Positions 1 through 12,456 of a stretch of 64,000 bases of DNA are shown here, one piece after another. The position numbers and the translations under genes were made by a program. The stretch is from Dimorphilus gyrociliatus (lineage: Eukaryota > Animalia > Annelida): positions 186,001 through 250,000 of the forward strand of contig CAJFCJ010000011.1 of the NCBI GenBank assembly GCA_904063045.1, given 5' to 3'. The notes beneath the pieces are model-generated. The model saw only the letters and a list, made by a program, of their open reading frames with translations, was not told the DNA's origin and did no database searches. The first letter of the stretch is position 1. Each line of letters begins with the position of its first letter.

Positions 1-421
1 TTTTTAATCATTTAAGCATTATTGTCATTATTATTATTAAAATGGTAATGTAAGAGTGGTAATATTTATCGTTATTATTACATTATTACTGTCAAACGTC
101 TTTACAACGCTATGCAAAGTTTTAAATGTTAACACTTTTCTAGTTTTTTTTTTCTTTTCCTTATTTTTTACGATTAATACAGAAATACATTAACTTCTTC
201 TTATCTATAAGTTTCAAATAAATACTTTCAGACGTGTCTAAAACGCTAATTGTCGGAAGAGAGAGAAAAGAGTCAGCTGTGAAGACTTTCCATCATTCTC
301 CAAAAACTTTTCAAAGGTTCCATACTATGAGGAAAGATAGACAGAGAGACAGAGAAATATAGTTATTAACTATATATAAATTAACTTATAAAGAGAAAGT
401 TTAAGTGTAGCGATACATATG

Positions 422-428
<7 letters not shown>

Positions 429-461
<33 letters not shown>

Positions 462-490
462 TAGAGAGAAAGAGAGATAGAGAAAAGAGA
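429..490. repeat. (AG)n-rich microsatellite downstream of the basigin-like stop
   Basis: Visible AG dinucleotide run with a few interruptions. Confidence 0.9.
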
Positions 491-545
491 AAATGTAGAA
501 TTTAGAGTTCCATTGTCTTCTCATCACGTGCAGATAAAAGAAAAT

Positions 546-3064
546 TTACAATTTTCTCTGCCTTAATTGGCTATTGTCGTTCGAATTCGTTAATCTACGC
601 TCATCTTCATTTTCACTAACACCCTCTGGACTATTCTTCTTCTTAGACCTTTCATATAAAAATATTATGGAGCATAACAAAAACACTTCGGCGCATATTC
701 CTAGGAAGGGCCACAGAGCTGCCAATCTATCTTTAACTCTTACTGTTATGGTTGCGTTGTGAAGGCCGTGAGTGTTTGACGCTACGCATAGATACCCTCC
801 TTTGTCATCAAAATCTACGTTCTTTATAGTAAGGGTTGCGTTTTCTGAAACATTATAGGATGATAGCATGATCCTATCGTCCGATTTGTCAATTTTAATG
901 CCCTTAGGGGTAACCCAGTAAATTTCACTAGGGGGAGGATAGCCGTAAATTTCGCACTGCAGAGTTAAAACATCACCTTGTACAAGATTTATAGACCGGT
1001 CATTTTCGAATTGAACATACGGATGCGCTGAAAAGGCCAAAGATATTAATGAATTGAATTCGTAGTGTTTGAAAAACAACGGAGGAAGATAATAAAAAAA
1101 ATGCTTACATTCGATTTTGATCGTATCTTGGAAAATGCCTGAATCAATCTTGATTAGGCAACTAAAATTTCCGGAATCTCTTCGAATGTTTGGTTTTTTT
1201 ATTGTTAAAGATGAGATATTATTGTAAATCTTGATATCATAGAAATGCTTCCTATCATATTCGTCTATTTCTTCTCCATTTCTACGCCATTCTAAATCGC
1301 TGGCCTTAGCCGCCGAAACATCTCCAATAGAGCAATTAAAAACGAGGCTTTTTTCTTTCTCCATCAATGGAATTTGATAGTTACTTTGTATATCCACTGT
1401 TTCGGAAAAAATCAATGAGAATTTCATTTAAAAGAAAAGCTCATGAAAAGAGGTTTTATTCTTTTTAAAAAAAAAAAGAAGGGGGGGGGGAATTCGATTC
1501 TGTAGAATAGTAATGATAGGACAACATCGAGAAAGACATTTGAGGAATTTCCTTTTTTTTCATCCTTCTTTTCTCAATAGATCGTTTTTCCTATGCCATT
1601 TTAGTTCTTTTCTTCCTTTCTACTCCTTATATTTTATTCCTTCCGCCCTTCGTCGCAATCGTCGCAACCGGATGTAGATTTTCCCCTCCCACGTTGAAAA
1701 ATAACGGAAAAAAAGCACAACGGAAAGATATGATAACACAAGAGGAATATGATGGAATATCCAGCTGATAAGGGAAATAGCGATAAACGACAAAAAAAAG
1801 ACTTACTTGTATAAACATAGATGAGTTTCGAAATTCTAATATTCTTGAACTCCTTTGACTGGCATTCGAGGTAGTATGTTCTGTCAACGTTCACATGCGT
1901 CAGTTCTCCTATCACACTATTACTGATTTTCTTTTGAGTAACTTCAAAACCAGTTTTTGGAGTGACATGAACAACTTCATCGTCTACAAGCCATTCAAGG
2001 GAGTATTCCTTGACAGTGCTATAGGACGGTGTTTTCAAATTGCAGCTTATAGTAAAACTGTCCCCCTTCTTAATATATATGGGACTTATGGTTTTATAAG
2101 GACCTTCCCATTGAAGATTCTTCTGCTCGATCTCTATTCCTAGATAAATATCCAATTGGATTTTACTCCTTCAGTTAACAAATTTAAAGAAAAAGAGAGG
2201 AATCTTTTTTGTCATTTTCTATCCGCTTTATAGCACAAGTCATAGCTTAACCCAGGTCTAGTAATCTGGCCCTCTATCGATATTTCTAAATTAAATTTAT
2301 TCCGCTGGTTTCCTCTCTCCTTCAGTATAATGGCGTGGGGGGGGGGGGGTGGAGGTTTATATGTGCAAACAATTAAAAGAAATTCATTCACATAGTTTTC
2401 TAATTAATTACGAAAAGAGACTATCGAAAATACTGAGAGCATACTGCAAAACAATCAACTATTTGCCTCGGGAAAGGAATGATCACAATAAAAAGAAAAA
2501 GGGGAAAAAATCTCTCCCCTTTTCCAAAACTAATAATACTATAACAGTGCATATTTGAATGAATGAATGAATATATATATATATATATATATATTAGTAT
2601 ATATCTATATATATATATATATATATGTTTCATTGTAAATGGCAATAAACAAAGAGGAAAAATTAAAAAAACTCAAGTATCATTTAAAGGGTTACAGCAT
2701 TCAATTCATGACGGATCAATAGTAAAAATATATACATTTTTTATATTTAAATAGATGTACGCAACATGAAAGAAAGGAAAAAAGAAATTTAACGATTATA
2801 CGAAATTATCGTGTAACTAATTAACAACAGTCTTATGTGCGTCTATTCCGATTTTCTATGGGAAATCGGAAAGATATCGATTTTTTTTTAAAAAAAAAAA
2901 TAAAAAATTATCAACCAACTTAGAGATTGTACAAGATAATCTTAAGCTACAGTCTATTCATCTAAAAATGATGGATTAATGATAGGTCACTTACCCTGAT
3001 TCGTACTTACAACATTAATCGTGGTTAAAATGATATAGAATATGGCAATGTTTAATGCAGGCAT
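546..3064 (-). CDS. BSG: Basigin/neuroplastin-like 3-Ig-domain type I membrane protein (exons ~3064-2995, 2139-1807, 1396-1109, 1027-546)
   Basis: Signal-peptide exon [23 protein letters not shown] ends at a phase-1 GTAAGT donor. Three Ig domains follow in phase-1 GT-AG exons. The TM segment [27 protein letters not shown] carries the intramembrane Glu diagnostic of basigin/neuroplastin. Confidence 0.88.
2571..2626. repeat. (TA)n microsatellite in basigin intron 1
   Basis: Visible TA run. It generates the spurious IYIYIY ORFs. Confidence 0.9.
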
Positions 3065-5807
3065 TTTTCCTTGTTCAGGTTAATCTCTCTGTATTCTAGC
3101 CTAGGCCAATCTCACTCAGAATATGACGGCCTCTTCTGCCTCTCATTGATAAATTTCAGATGATTTTGGTGATTTCCAGTTCCTGTTTTAAGGCGTCATC
3201 TATCGTTCCTTGGAATGGAATATTTCGTTAGTGATGGCGGCAATCTTTAACATTAAAATAATATTCCCTAGAAGCAAGTCAATGTCAATAGTCCATAAAC
3301 AATTGGAAACATTTATCATTTCTTTTCATTTGAACTCGTTAAATAATAATGTTATTGGCATTATATGATAAAAACATCATAAATAATTCATAAAATATTT
3401 ACCAGTTTTCTACTCGAGGAAAAATTTATTAACTGGAATAATTTGTTCGAAAAGAGACAAGGTGAAAGTCAATGGAAGGAGAACGATCAAAACCAACAAG
3501 GAGGTTAATGAATCGAGTTCATTGATAATAGAGAGAGCCTATCTAAAAATTCCAAAAGAAAATCCTAATATCTTTTAACAATGAACGTCCTAAATATATG
3601 ACACATCCTAAGACCTGAAAATTTTATTTCCCTAATATTATATATAAAAAAAAACATGGATATTCATGACCCAATAAATAAATTCATATTTAAATATATG
3701 TTTATTAATAAACATGTATAAAGAGTATAAATAGCTTATGTACATATACTGTATATATATATATATACGTGTATGAACAAATATAGAGAATAGATTTATA
3801 CATATAGAATGTATATATATACATGTTTATAACAAACAAATATCAATGTAAACTTTTCTATGTATTATACATACTATAATATAAAGGTTTCAAATGTTTA
3901 TGAATCTCGCCAAAGGCCATACGTATAATGCTAATTAATCTATATTAATTAGGAGAATATATATATAAAACTCCTCCTATGGCGTTCATTCATTTTATAG
4001 AAAAAATTCGATTCACAACGGAAGCGATCAACAAAAGACTGATTTTTAAGTAAGAGAATAGAAATCCAGTAGCAGTTGCCTTAGCATCTATTATTAGCTA
4101 ATTTCCCTGAAGATCCGTGAAACAGAGCTAATACTTTCTTAATTTTGTCATCATTAGTTATCTTTAACGAAATGAAAATGAAAATTAACGTCTACAAGTT
4201 CCTTGACCTTTTACAGCGATCAAATTGATTTGTGATAGAACGTTCGCCAAGTTATTCCTTATAATCGAACGTTTCTATTGGCTGTACAAACATATCTTTG
4301 ATACTGACTAGATGTCGAAAATTCTCAAATCATTTCAGAATTCTTTGTATCGTGTAATGTAAATTTACAAAAGAAAACCTATCTTTTCAGTATTCGCTCT
4401 CTTTTAGTTTTTCTGTTGGAGGGAAAAAAGAAATCGAACTGTTTACTCCCGTCAACATTGGGAAAACATGATAAAATGATCGTCAAATTCACCGTTCAAT
4501 ATATGCTTTTGAAATAAACAGGGAATTTCCTCTCTCTCTTTTTCCAGTTGGAATATATACCGTTCCATTCATCGAACGTTTTTTTTAAATGTTTTTTCTT
4601 ATTGTAATAAAAAAAAATTCCTAGAACATTTTTACTTTATTAAAAAGAATTGATGCTTTTATATAAAAGCCCTACTTTTCTTCTTTTGCATCAAACCCCT
4701 TTCTAAACCAAAAGAAATATCTTCATTTTGGAATAATAAAGCTATTATTAGTACGAGAACAAGTACACTTCCCTCGCTATCTAAACGAATAAATTAAAGA
4801 AACAATTATAAATTTGTCACATTGCCAATTCTAAACTAATTACCGACCTAAAAAAAAAGATCTCCTTATTTAGCACATGTTAGAGTTGTTGATGCATGCA
4901 CGAACGAACATTCGAACGTTCTAAGGTAAGAATTATCGAATTCCAATTTGTAAAGCAGTCAAAGCTGAATTTCTTTTATTATTTATTATCTTTTAACATT
5001 TATTGACAGTATTCCAATACTTAACAAAAATTAATTATAATATAATATTTCAATATTCTTTATAGAAATAAGAACATCTAATTACTTTCTTAAATCCAAA
5101 TAGTATAAAAGTGATCAAAATTTAATAAACTCTTATTATTCTCTTTCTTTCATTAACCTATTTATAAACGAAAGGAAATATATTTTCTTTGAATAAAGAA
5201 ATATAAAAACGCTAAATGAAGATAAAAAACATGGAGGATAGGTCTAAAATAAATCTTCTATGCAATCAATTTGAAAACAACAGATTGTTTTTTTTTTCTA
5301 TAAATAACAATGAGTCTAGTGTCAAAAGGAAAAAGGATAGAAAAATACACTTTTTTCGAATATCCGATTACGATGAAGTTGTTTCTGGTTCAAAAGAGAT
5401 GAGGAAAGGGTCGATAGAAATTCAATTGTCGATCAAACGATATTAAATCGAAAACCAATTTGAGTAATATTGCGAAATTGTTCTATCTCATCTTAAGGGT
5501 TATAAAATTCCTTTAGACTTTTAGTTGACGGGGAAATTCTATCAATATATTTTACTTCTCTTTCATTTATTCAAAACAAATCTCAAAATGATCAAATAAC
5601 AGTCTTATTTAAAAGAAATTAGTTATTAAAATAAGAAAACTATTGTTTAAAGTTATCAATCTACTTAGGTATAATTATCTTCTCAGTGCAATTAACAAAT
5701 AGATTACTTGCTTCTTTACATACTGAATGAAATTTAAGAATACGTAAAACATTCTCTTAATACTATTTGTTTACCTGGTAGGAAAAAAGAAGAGTATTTT
5801 CATCAAA

Positions 5808-7550
5808 ATGAAACCTTCTCTTAGCAAAGCTCAAAGTAAAAAGAATAAACTTAGGAATAAAAAGAAACAAAAAACTGGTATTTCTATTCTACTATTTGTC
5901 TAAATTTAAATTGAGCCGCTTTTTATGAAACATTGACCGATAATAAGTGAACTACGGTTTATAGCCCACGTGTTATCTTTGTTGCAGGTAATTCACGAAA
6001 AGCAGAATCTCGTTCTATTGACAAATTGATTCAACATGTAAGTGGGATATTTTATTAGTGAGAAAAAGTCTCCTAAGACTTATTTCACTTTATATTTCGC
6101 AATAACTAATCCGTAAACAACCAATAACTTTGGTCACGCAAACTGACGCCAGCTACATAATTAATAAAATTTAGGGTTAATAAGATTTTCACGATATTCT
6201 ATATTTTATAGGCGGAGGAGCTTATGGATCGATTTGAATTCGATGCTGCAAAACAATTTGTTGATAGAGCTTTGGTTCAAGAGCCCGAAAACGAGAGAGC
6301 CTTGACACTTGCTGGTATTATTTGCTTAGAAACTAACGACTTTGATGGAGCCAGAGAGGTTTCCTTTTAATCCTATTAAACTTAAATTTGACAATAAATT
6401 ATTTAAAACAAAATTTAATAGAATTTTCAACAAGCCATTGAGATCAGCCCTGACGAGGGTCATTCCAAATATATGTATAATGGCCAACTTTTAACGGGAA
6501 TGGATGCTGTAAATTGTTTTCAAAAGGGATGTGAAATAATGGAGAAAAAAATTGATGAACAAAAGAATGAAGCCTGCGAAGCGGAAATTTCAGAAATGGA
6601 TTTATCTAGTGGCTTTTGTTCAATTGCTGAAATTTATATGACGGATGAATGGTATATCAGACTCTAACAAAGCTTTACTCAATTGATTTAAATGTTTATT
6701 TAAATTCTAGTATGTCGGATGAAGCTGAAAAGGCATGTGAAGAGGCAATTAACAAAGCCATAGAGATTTGTAATGAAAACGCTGATGCTCATGCCTTATT
6801 GGCTAGTTTCAAGTTGTCTCAAAACGACCCTCAGGTAATTAGTTAAAGTTTGAAACTACATATACTTAATTCAGCACATTGTCTTTTCGCTCAGTCTGCT
6901 CGCCAAAGTATCGAAAAAAGTGTATCCATATGGTTACCTAGTTATAAAAATGTAATGGAAAATGACTCCATGGAAGATCCACTTGAAGTATTTATTGCTA
7001 TTCTTTAACAAAATATTTCTTTGATAACTTAAATTTATGTGTATGCATATTTGCTTTTATATAGCCCTGCCCTGTTCCGTACAATGCTCGAGTCAATTCT
7101 GCAAAACTTCTAATTGAAGTAGAACAATACGAAGTAAAAAAAAATCATATTAACTAATCTTTAATCGTTCTTAATCGTCTATGCTTTTGTTTAGATGGCT
7201 GTTGAAATTTTAGATTTGTTATTGGAAGAAGAAGAAAATGTTGTTGAAGTTTGGTATTTGTTAGGCTGGCTATATAAATTAAAGGGTGCTGGATTTGAAA
7301 AAAATGCCAAATTTTATTTAGAAAATACACAAAAGGTCGCAAAAAGTGTTCAATACGAAGACAAAGCTGTCCTTGAACACGTTAAAAATATGATTGCCGA
7401 ATTGGGAGAATGTAAGTTAATTGCGTCGTTTGTATACTAAAATAAATTTTTATCATATTTTCAGTAAGCGAAAGTGAATCAGAAGGCGAAGAGAACGAAA
7501 ATGCCTCAGAAAACGAAGACGAGAGTGAGAGTCCTATGCAAATTAGCTAG
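5808..7550 (+). CDS. ACL4: TPR protein, probable assembly chaperone of Rpl4 (Acl4-like), multi-exon
   Basis: Spliced reading MKPSLSKAQSKKNK...AEELMDRFEFDAAKQFVDRALVQEPENERALTLAG...AIEISPDEGHSKYMYNGQL...VWYLLGWLYKL, with an acidic tail ending ESPMQIS*. The PDEGHSKYMY motif and TPR pattern are typical of Acl4. Confidence 0.8.
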
Positions 7551-7790
7551 AAAAAAAATTACTTTATTTGCTCCTAGCTATTGTTAAATTGAGAAATGTC
7601 AGAATATACTGAAAGTTATACGAAATCTATATAAAAATGTCTCTAGATTGTACATAAACATATTGAATGCGGCAAATTCAAGAACCTATTGTCTTATTAT
7701 GTTGTACCATAAGCCCAGTCTGTATTAAATTAACTATAGACAAGTACAGTTTTTGTCCTATTTTTGTCTTTTTAAAAAGCATTTTCAAGG

Positions 7791-8384
7791 TTACTTCAAA
7801 TTGTCGATGAATTTCGCTAATTTTACGTCACGGACCGATAAGCCAGAACAATCATGCGTTGAAAGAGTAATTTGCACTCGATTGTAGACGTTGAACCATT
7901 CTGGATGGTGATTCATTACTTCAGCTTTAAGGGCAACACGGGCCATAAAGCCAAAAGCCTTTTAATGCATAATCGATCATGATTAAAAGCAATTAATATC
8001 TAATAGAAACAAACCTCGTTGAAATTTTCAAATGTAAATTCTTTGTAAATGGCATCCCTATTTGCAACAGTAGTCCAACCCCTTGATTTTAATTCATCTA
8101 GGAATTGAGTTCGTTCGGAGCCTTCTAGTTTTGTTGGCGTCTGTCAAATATAGATTATACTTAAAAAGATACAAGAGACAGCTCTAAGCAATTTTCTACA
8201 ATCATGGAAAAGAAGATACTCACCTCCATTATAATAAGAACAATATTTGTAAAAAAGGGAAAATTTTGTATGCTCCGAACGACAAATCAATGATTGATCT
8301 AGATATGTGATGTGGAAGATTGTAGGCTTATCCACTTTGCAATTGCGCCATCTATCGATAATTACAAACTACTGTAAATGACAT
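7791..8384 (-). CDS. PCBD: Pterin-4-alpha-carbinolamine dehydratase (PCBD/DCoH), 3 exons; absent from the ORF track
   Basis: Minus-strand translation ...[22 protein letters not shown]|[55 protein letters not shown] contains the [10 protein letters not shown]...THD signature. The first exon (MSFT, ATG at 8384) is tentative. Confidence 0.93.
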
Positions 8385-8608
8385 TTATTTTCCCATTTAC
8401 GTAAATATTTCTGAATTTCAAGTGTTTTTCGAAACGTTTGTGAGAAATTCAATAGATAAAATTTCTATTAATAGTTTAAAATGAAAACTGATAATTGTTA
8501 TTGCCCTTTTTTACTCGTAGTAAGTTAATAGTTAAATCAAATTGTTACTTACAACTCTACCCATACGCATGGCACAGCTTGCGAAAGATCTTACAATTCT
8601 CATGCTAA

Positions 8609-9119
8609 ATGTTGAAAATTGTTTTCAAGATATTTGGGGGGAAAAAAACAACTCTCAGTGGAGTATGGGAACTCAAATTCAAACCGGTTACCAACCTCCG
8701 ACGGGACTTAGTAAAACAGAGTTGTAACTTTGCACTAACAAATCTTAAAGTTTTTAAGGAGACAGTATTTGGAAATATGGAAATAAAGATAAGTCAGTTT
8801 TTTCGGTGCGACCAACTGCAAATATCTGAAAAGACCCTAATCAAATTAAGGGAAATATTCCAAAAAACTTGTGTGTTCAGGTATAGATGATGTTAAAATA
8901 ATGTAATTATGGAATTAGTTAAGTGGGGTTTTCTTTTTATGATGAATTGGTTGTAAAGTTAGCGGTCCTGCTGAAGTTGTAGAGGCGGATGAATCCTATT
9001 CGTTTAAAAGGAACGGTAATAAGTGAAGATACAAAAGAACAGGAGAATTGATATTAGGAGGAAAAGTTAGGAACTCTAATGATGTCTTTTTACTGCCTGT
9101 ACAAAAAAGGGAAGGCTGA
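8609..9119 (+). mobile_element. Degenerate Merlin / IS1595 (ISXO2-like) DDE transposase relic
   Basis: Frame 8949-9119 reads GCKVSGPAEVVEADESYSFKRNGNK*RYKRTGELILGGKVRNSNDVFLLPVQKREG*. This matches the recalled ISXO2/Merlin consensus GGPGxxVExDES..KRK..RGR....W(V/I)FGG..R....FLVPV..R. Upstream ORF 8609-8890 (FKETVFGN...ISEKTL...FQKTC) resembles the preceding helical region. In-frame stops are present and no TIRs were identified. Confidence 0.6.
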
Positions 9120-9661
9120 AAAAAAAATTTAGGATGTTGAATGGGTCAAGGGCTAGGTATCAGTCACGTATCCTTTTCCTAATTTATTTATAGGGAAAAG
9201 TATGATGGGTAGTAAATACTTTTTTGCTCTTTTTTCAAAATAAAAAGACTATTTAAAGTCATTTTTTTGTTTTAAGTAAACATGTATAAAATATACATCA
9301 TTTATAAATTATTCATCTTCTTCTTGTCTAACATGTTTAGTTTTACGATATTTAATAACTTCATCTTCTAACAAGTAACATTATTACGAATTGTAAAGAG
9401 TCACACTAGAATATTCGTTGACATCTTAGCTTAAGCATTTTATTTAATATATTAGGAAAATTACGATTCACTTTTAGTAACTACCACCTGTGGTTGATAA
9501 CCGGTTCAATTTAAGTTCCTATACTCAAGTGTAGCCAAAAAAACTTTAATTATCGTCTGCTGTTATCTGCCAAAGTAAAAACATCCAATAGATGTCACTC
9601 TTCGCTGGAACTGACTTTCGTTGGGATTATTACTTTCGGATTACTCTAGCTAGTAAACACT

Positions 9662-10878
9662 ATGGAGAGACCGGCTGAGTGTCTTATTTCTTTTAAAGAT
9701 AGTGATAAATCATTTTACCTGTATTCTAAATCAATGAAAGATGCTGGCTTCATGCTTATTATTTCTGATCTGAAAAAATCTTGGAAGAAAACAGGTATAA
9801 ATATATTTTCTTTTTCTAGTCAGTAAATCTTTTTAAATTCAACATTCCCATAACAGTTGAAGCTGATGAAATAGAGAAAATGAGAAAACAAACCACACTA
9901 TCAAAGCTTCAATACGAAATATCTCTTAACATGGCTTTAACATCATCAAATGATGAATATTTTATAGAATTCAATACGAAAAATGCAACATTAATAATCA
10001 GAAAGAAACTTATGGACGATGACATGAAGGTAAAGTAATGGACAAAGATGAGCTCTTAGTTATTAACATTATTTCTTTGTCTTAGATTCGCTTAGCCGAA
10101 GCAAAGCTTAAAGAAACTGATATAGAAGAATTTTCCCATGCTACTTGCAATTATGCTCTCGTTACGACTGCTACCTTAAAAGAAAAGATAAAAAGCTTGG
10201 AAAGAGAGAAGAAAAACGCTGAAAATAATAATGAAAAATTAACTGAAGTATTCTTTTAATAAAGATTTTGTAATGTTTCACAATTAAACAACATTTTACT
10301 GTATAAAAAAAGGTTCTTAAAGAGGCTACGGAAGCTAAGCTAAATCTGGAAAATGATCTTTATCAAAAGTTTCTTGCTGTTTTAAATGCAAAGAAAAGAA
10401 AGATAAGGGAATTGGAAGATGGACGTAAGTTGTTCTTATTATAAATTCTATTTATATTACACTGCACAAATACTCTTAGTGGGTGAAAGCTCTTCGATTT
10501 CAAATAAAGACAGTAATAAGGACGAAAGAGCTACAGAAGAAGATGACATTCCAACAGAAGATGAATCAACAGTAAAAGAAGATACCCCTAAAAAAGCGTA
10601 AGAAAATCAGATAAACTTAAAGAAATTATTATGATTTCAACAAGATTAATATAAAATTTGCAGAAAAGTTGTCACTAGAAATAGAAAAATCAAGAAGAAG
10701 GATACAAAGGAACTTTCTGTTACTCCTAGTATAAAGAAAACAAGAACTCCGTCCCTGAGAAGGTCAAAACCCGTCTTACGTTTTATTCCTTCTAAAGCTT
10801 AACAAAATCTATTTTAACAGGTCTCTTAGGTCCAAATCGTCGTCCCAGAATGAAGAGGATCTTATAAACGATATGTGA
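9662..10878 (+). CDS. XRCC4: DNA repair protein XRCC4, multi-exon
   Basis: Spliced reading MERPAECLISFKDSDKSFYL...SWKKT|VEADEIEKM...|IRLAEAKL...|...LENDLYQKFLAVLNAKKRKIRELE contains the XRCC4 coiled-coil LYxxFxxVLNxKKxKIRxL motif. The acidic/basic tail ends EEDLINDM*. Confidence 0.85.
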
Positions 10879-10964
10879 TATATTCTTTTAACCTTTTACA
10901 AAAATAAGTTTGTAGTTGATATTTAAAGTTGATATATTGTTTTATTTTTCTTTTAAAAATTGAA

Positions 10965-12120
10965 TTATTTTAATTCACCATTTATTTTTTCCCAATAAAC
11001 GTGTAGCCTTTTTAGCCATTTTACCCAATATTCTTTGCATGCATTTTCATCCATCAAATGAACATCAGCTTCGTCTCCATTAGTATAACAAACAATAACA
11101 GCACCATAAACTTTGCCTTTAATATATTTTTGTGAGTTGATTGAACCTATGTAAGCTGCGATTTGCGTTGGAGCATCCCACGTATACTTTAATGATCTTT
11201 TAGGTTTTTCCGATGTTTTCCAATCAATAACATATACATCTCCCTGAAAGGTGGCCACACAATCAACTTTACCCTTATAGAGTAGGTGTTGATGATGGAA
11301 AAATTGTTCTATGAAATGAACATCTTCAACTTTCGTTAAGATATTTCTTACGCTATTCCAAAGAGGTTCGATCTTTGTAATCTTTTCATCTGATACTATT
11401 TGATTTCTGTAGAAATGATAATATTCACGTGTATAATCCATATTCAATTATAACCCTAAGGATTTATACAAACTGAAGTTTAGCCTCAATGCAGTCGTGA
11501 AGCAGAGATCCTCTATTTAGCGTGTCCTTCTGCATCTGGGCAAAACCGTCTTGGCCTAATTTTTCTATCATTTTTTCTTTCCATCTGTCTAAGTAGAATT
11601 GCTCCTCGGGTGGTCGACTTTTATCTAAGATTCTAGTAACACTAGGCCATTTGTTTCTTAAGTCTTGGGGTAGATAACTCAGAGAACTGTCACATTCTCC
11701 ACTTAATGGATAGTGAAGAATTCCATCTAGATACTTTTTAGTTTTTTTCATTTCCTTCTCTAAATCATTAATTTGAAAGTTTTTTTCCAAGTAACCAACT
11801 AAATCTGAACTTATTTCAAAGGGAGAGAGCGTCCGCGCATATGAGTCTGACTGGCTAGGAGTACTTTGGGTTACCTCCTTAAGCTGAGGTTCTATATGGG
11901 TTTTTTCCTGATCTGTTCCACTATGATATTTGCCTGAAATAATTTTTGGACCGAATAGAAGCGCATTTTCATTTTTGAATTTCTTGTTTGCTTCTTTTTT
12001 TCTCTTCAATTTCTTATAGTTTATAGTTTCAGTAGATGAACTGAGAAAACTTTGAATGTTTTGATAGTTAAATACTGGAATGACGCGTAAATACAACTTT
12101 CTACGGCAGGTTTGCAGCAT
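10965..12120 (-). CDS. MGME1: Mitochondrial genome maintenance exonuclease 1 (PD-(D/E)XK nuclease), 2 exons, intron ~11410-11473
   Basis: WPSVTRIL...LDRWKEKMIEKLG...RGSLLHDCIE and YKGKVDCVA...VIDWKTSEKPK...PTQIAAYIG are MGME1 motifs. The basic N-terminus is compatible with a mitochondrial presequence. Confidence 0.92.
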
Positions 12121-12456
12121 ATTTTATGTACGAATACATGCAGGACAGTAATACAAGATTCAACAACCAGTTAAATGTAGAATTGTAACCAGACTGGTTT
12201 TTCTAGACTGGTTCGTTAAGAATAACTTCAATAAAACCGCTCAAATTCAAAAGGAGTTACAATAAAGCGTCGAGCAGGCTCTTTTACGTAGTATGATAGT
12301 TTAGCTATGAATACCTGAGGGAGATTAGAAGTAAGCATTTACTTAAGAGCTATAGTTATTTGATGAAATATATTGGCTGGTAGGGTGAGCCACTATCTAC
12401 GGGTTCTGCTTTAAACAATCCAATTGGTGTCGCTAGTTGTGCCGATTCTGATATTA

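Noticed and set aside
2349-2754. ORFs with IYIYIY runs
   Set aside because: Translations of a (TA)n microsatellite within basigin intron 1.
3960-4400. Short coding-looking frames and repeated GAACGTT(C) words upstream of basigin
   Set aside because: All frames close within ~30 codons. The GAAnnTTC words (also ~4905-4921) do not form three in-phase heat-shock-element units.
5216-5446. 76-aa ORF
   Set aside because: AT-rich, no motif and no splice links to neighbours.
8144-8335. 63-aa minus-strand ORF
   Set aside because: Lies inside PCBD intron 1 and has no recognisable features.
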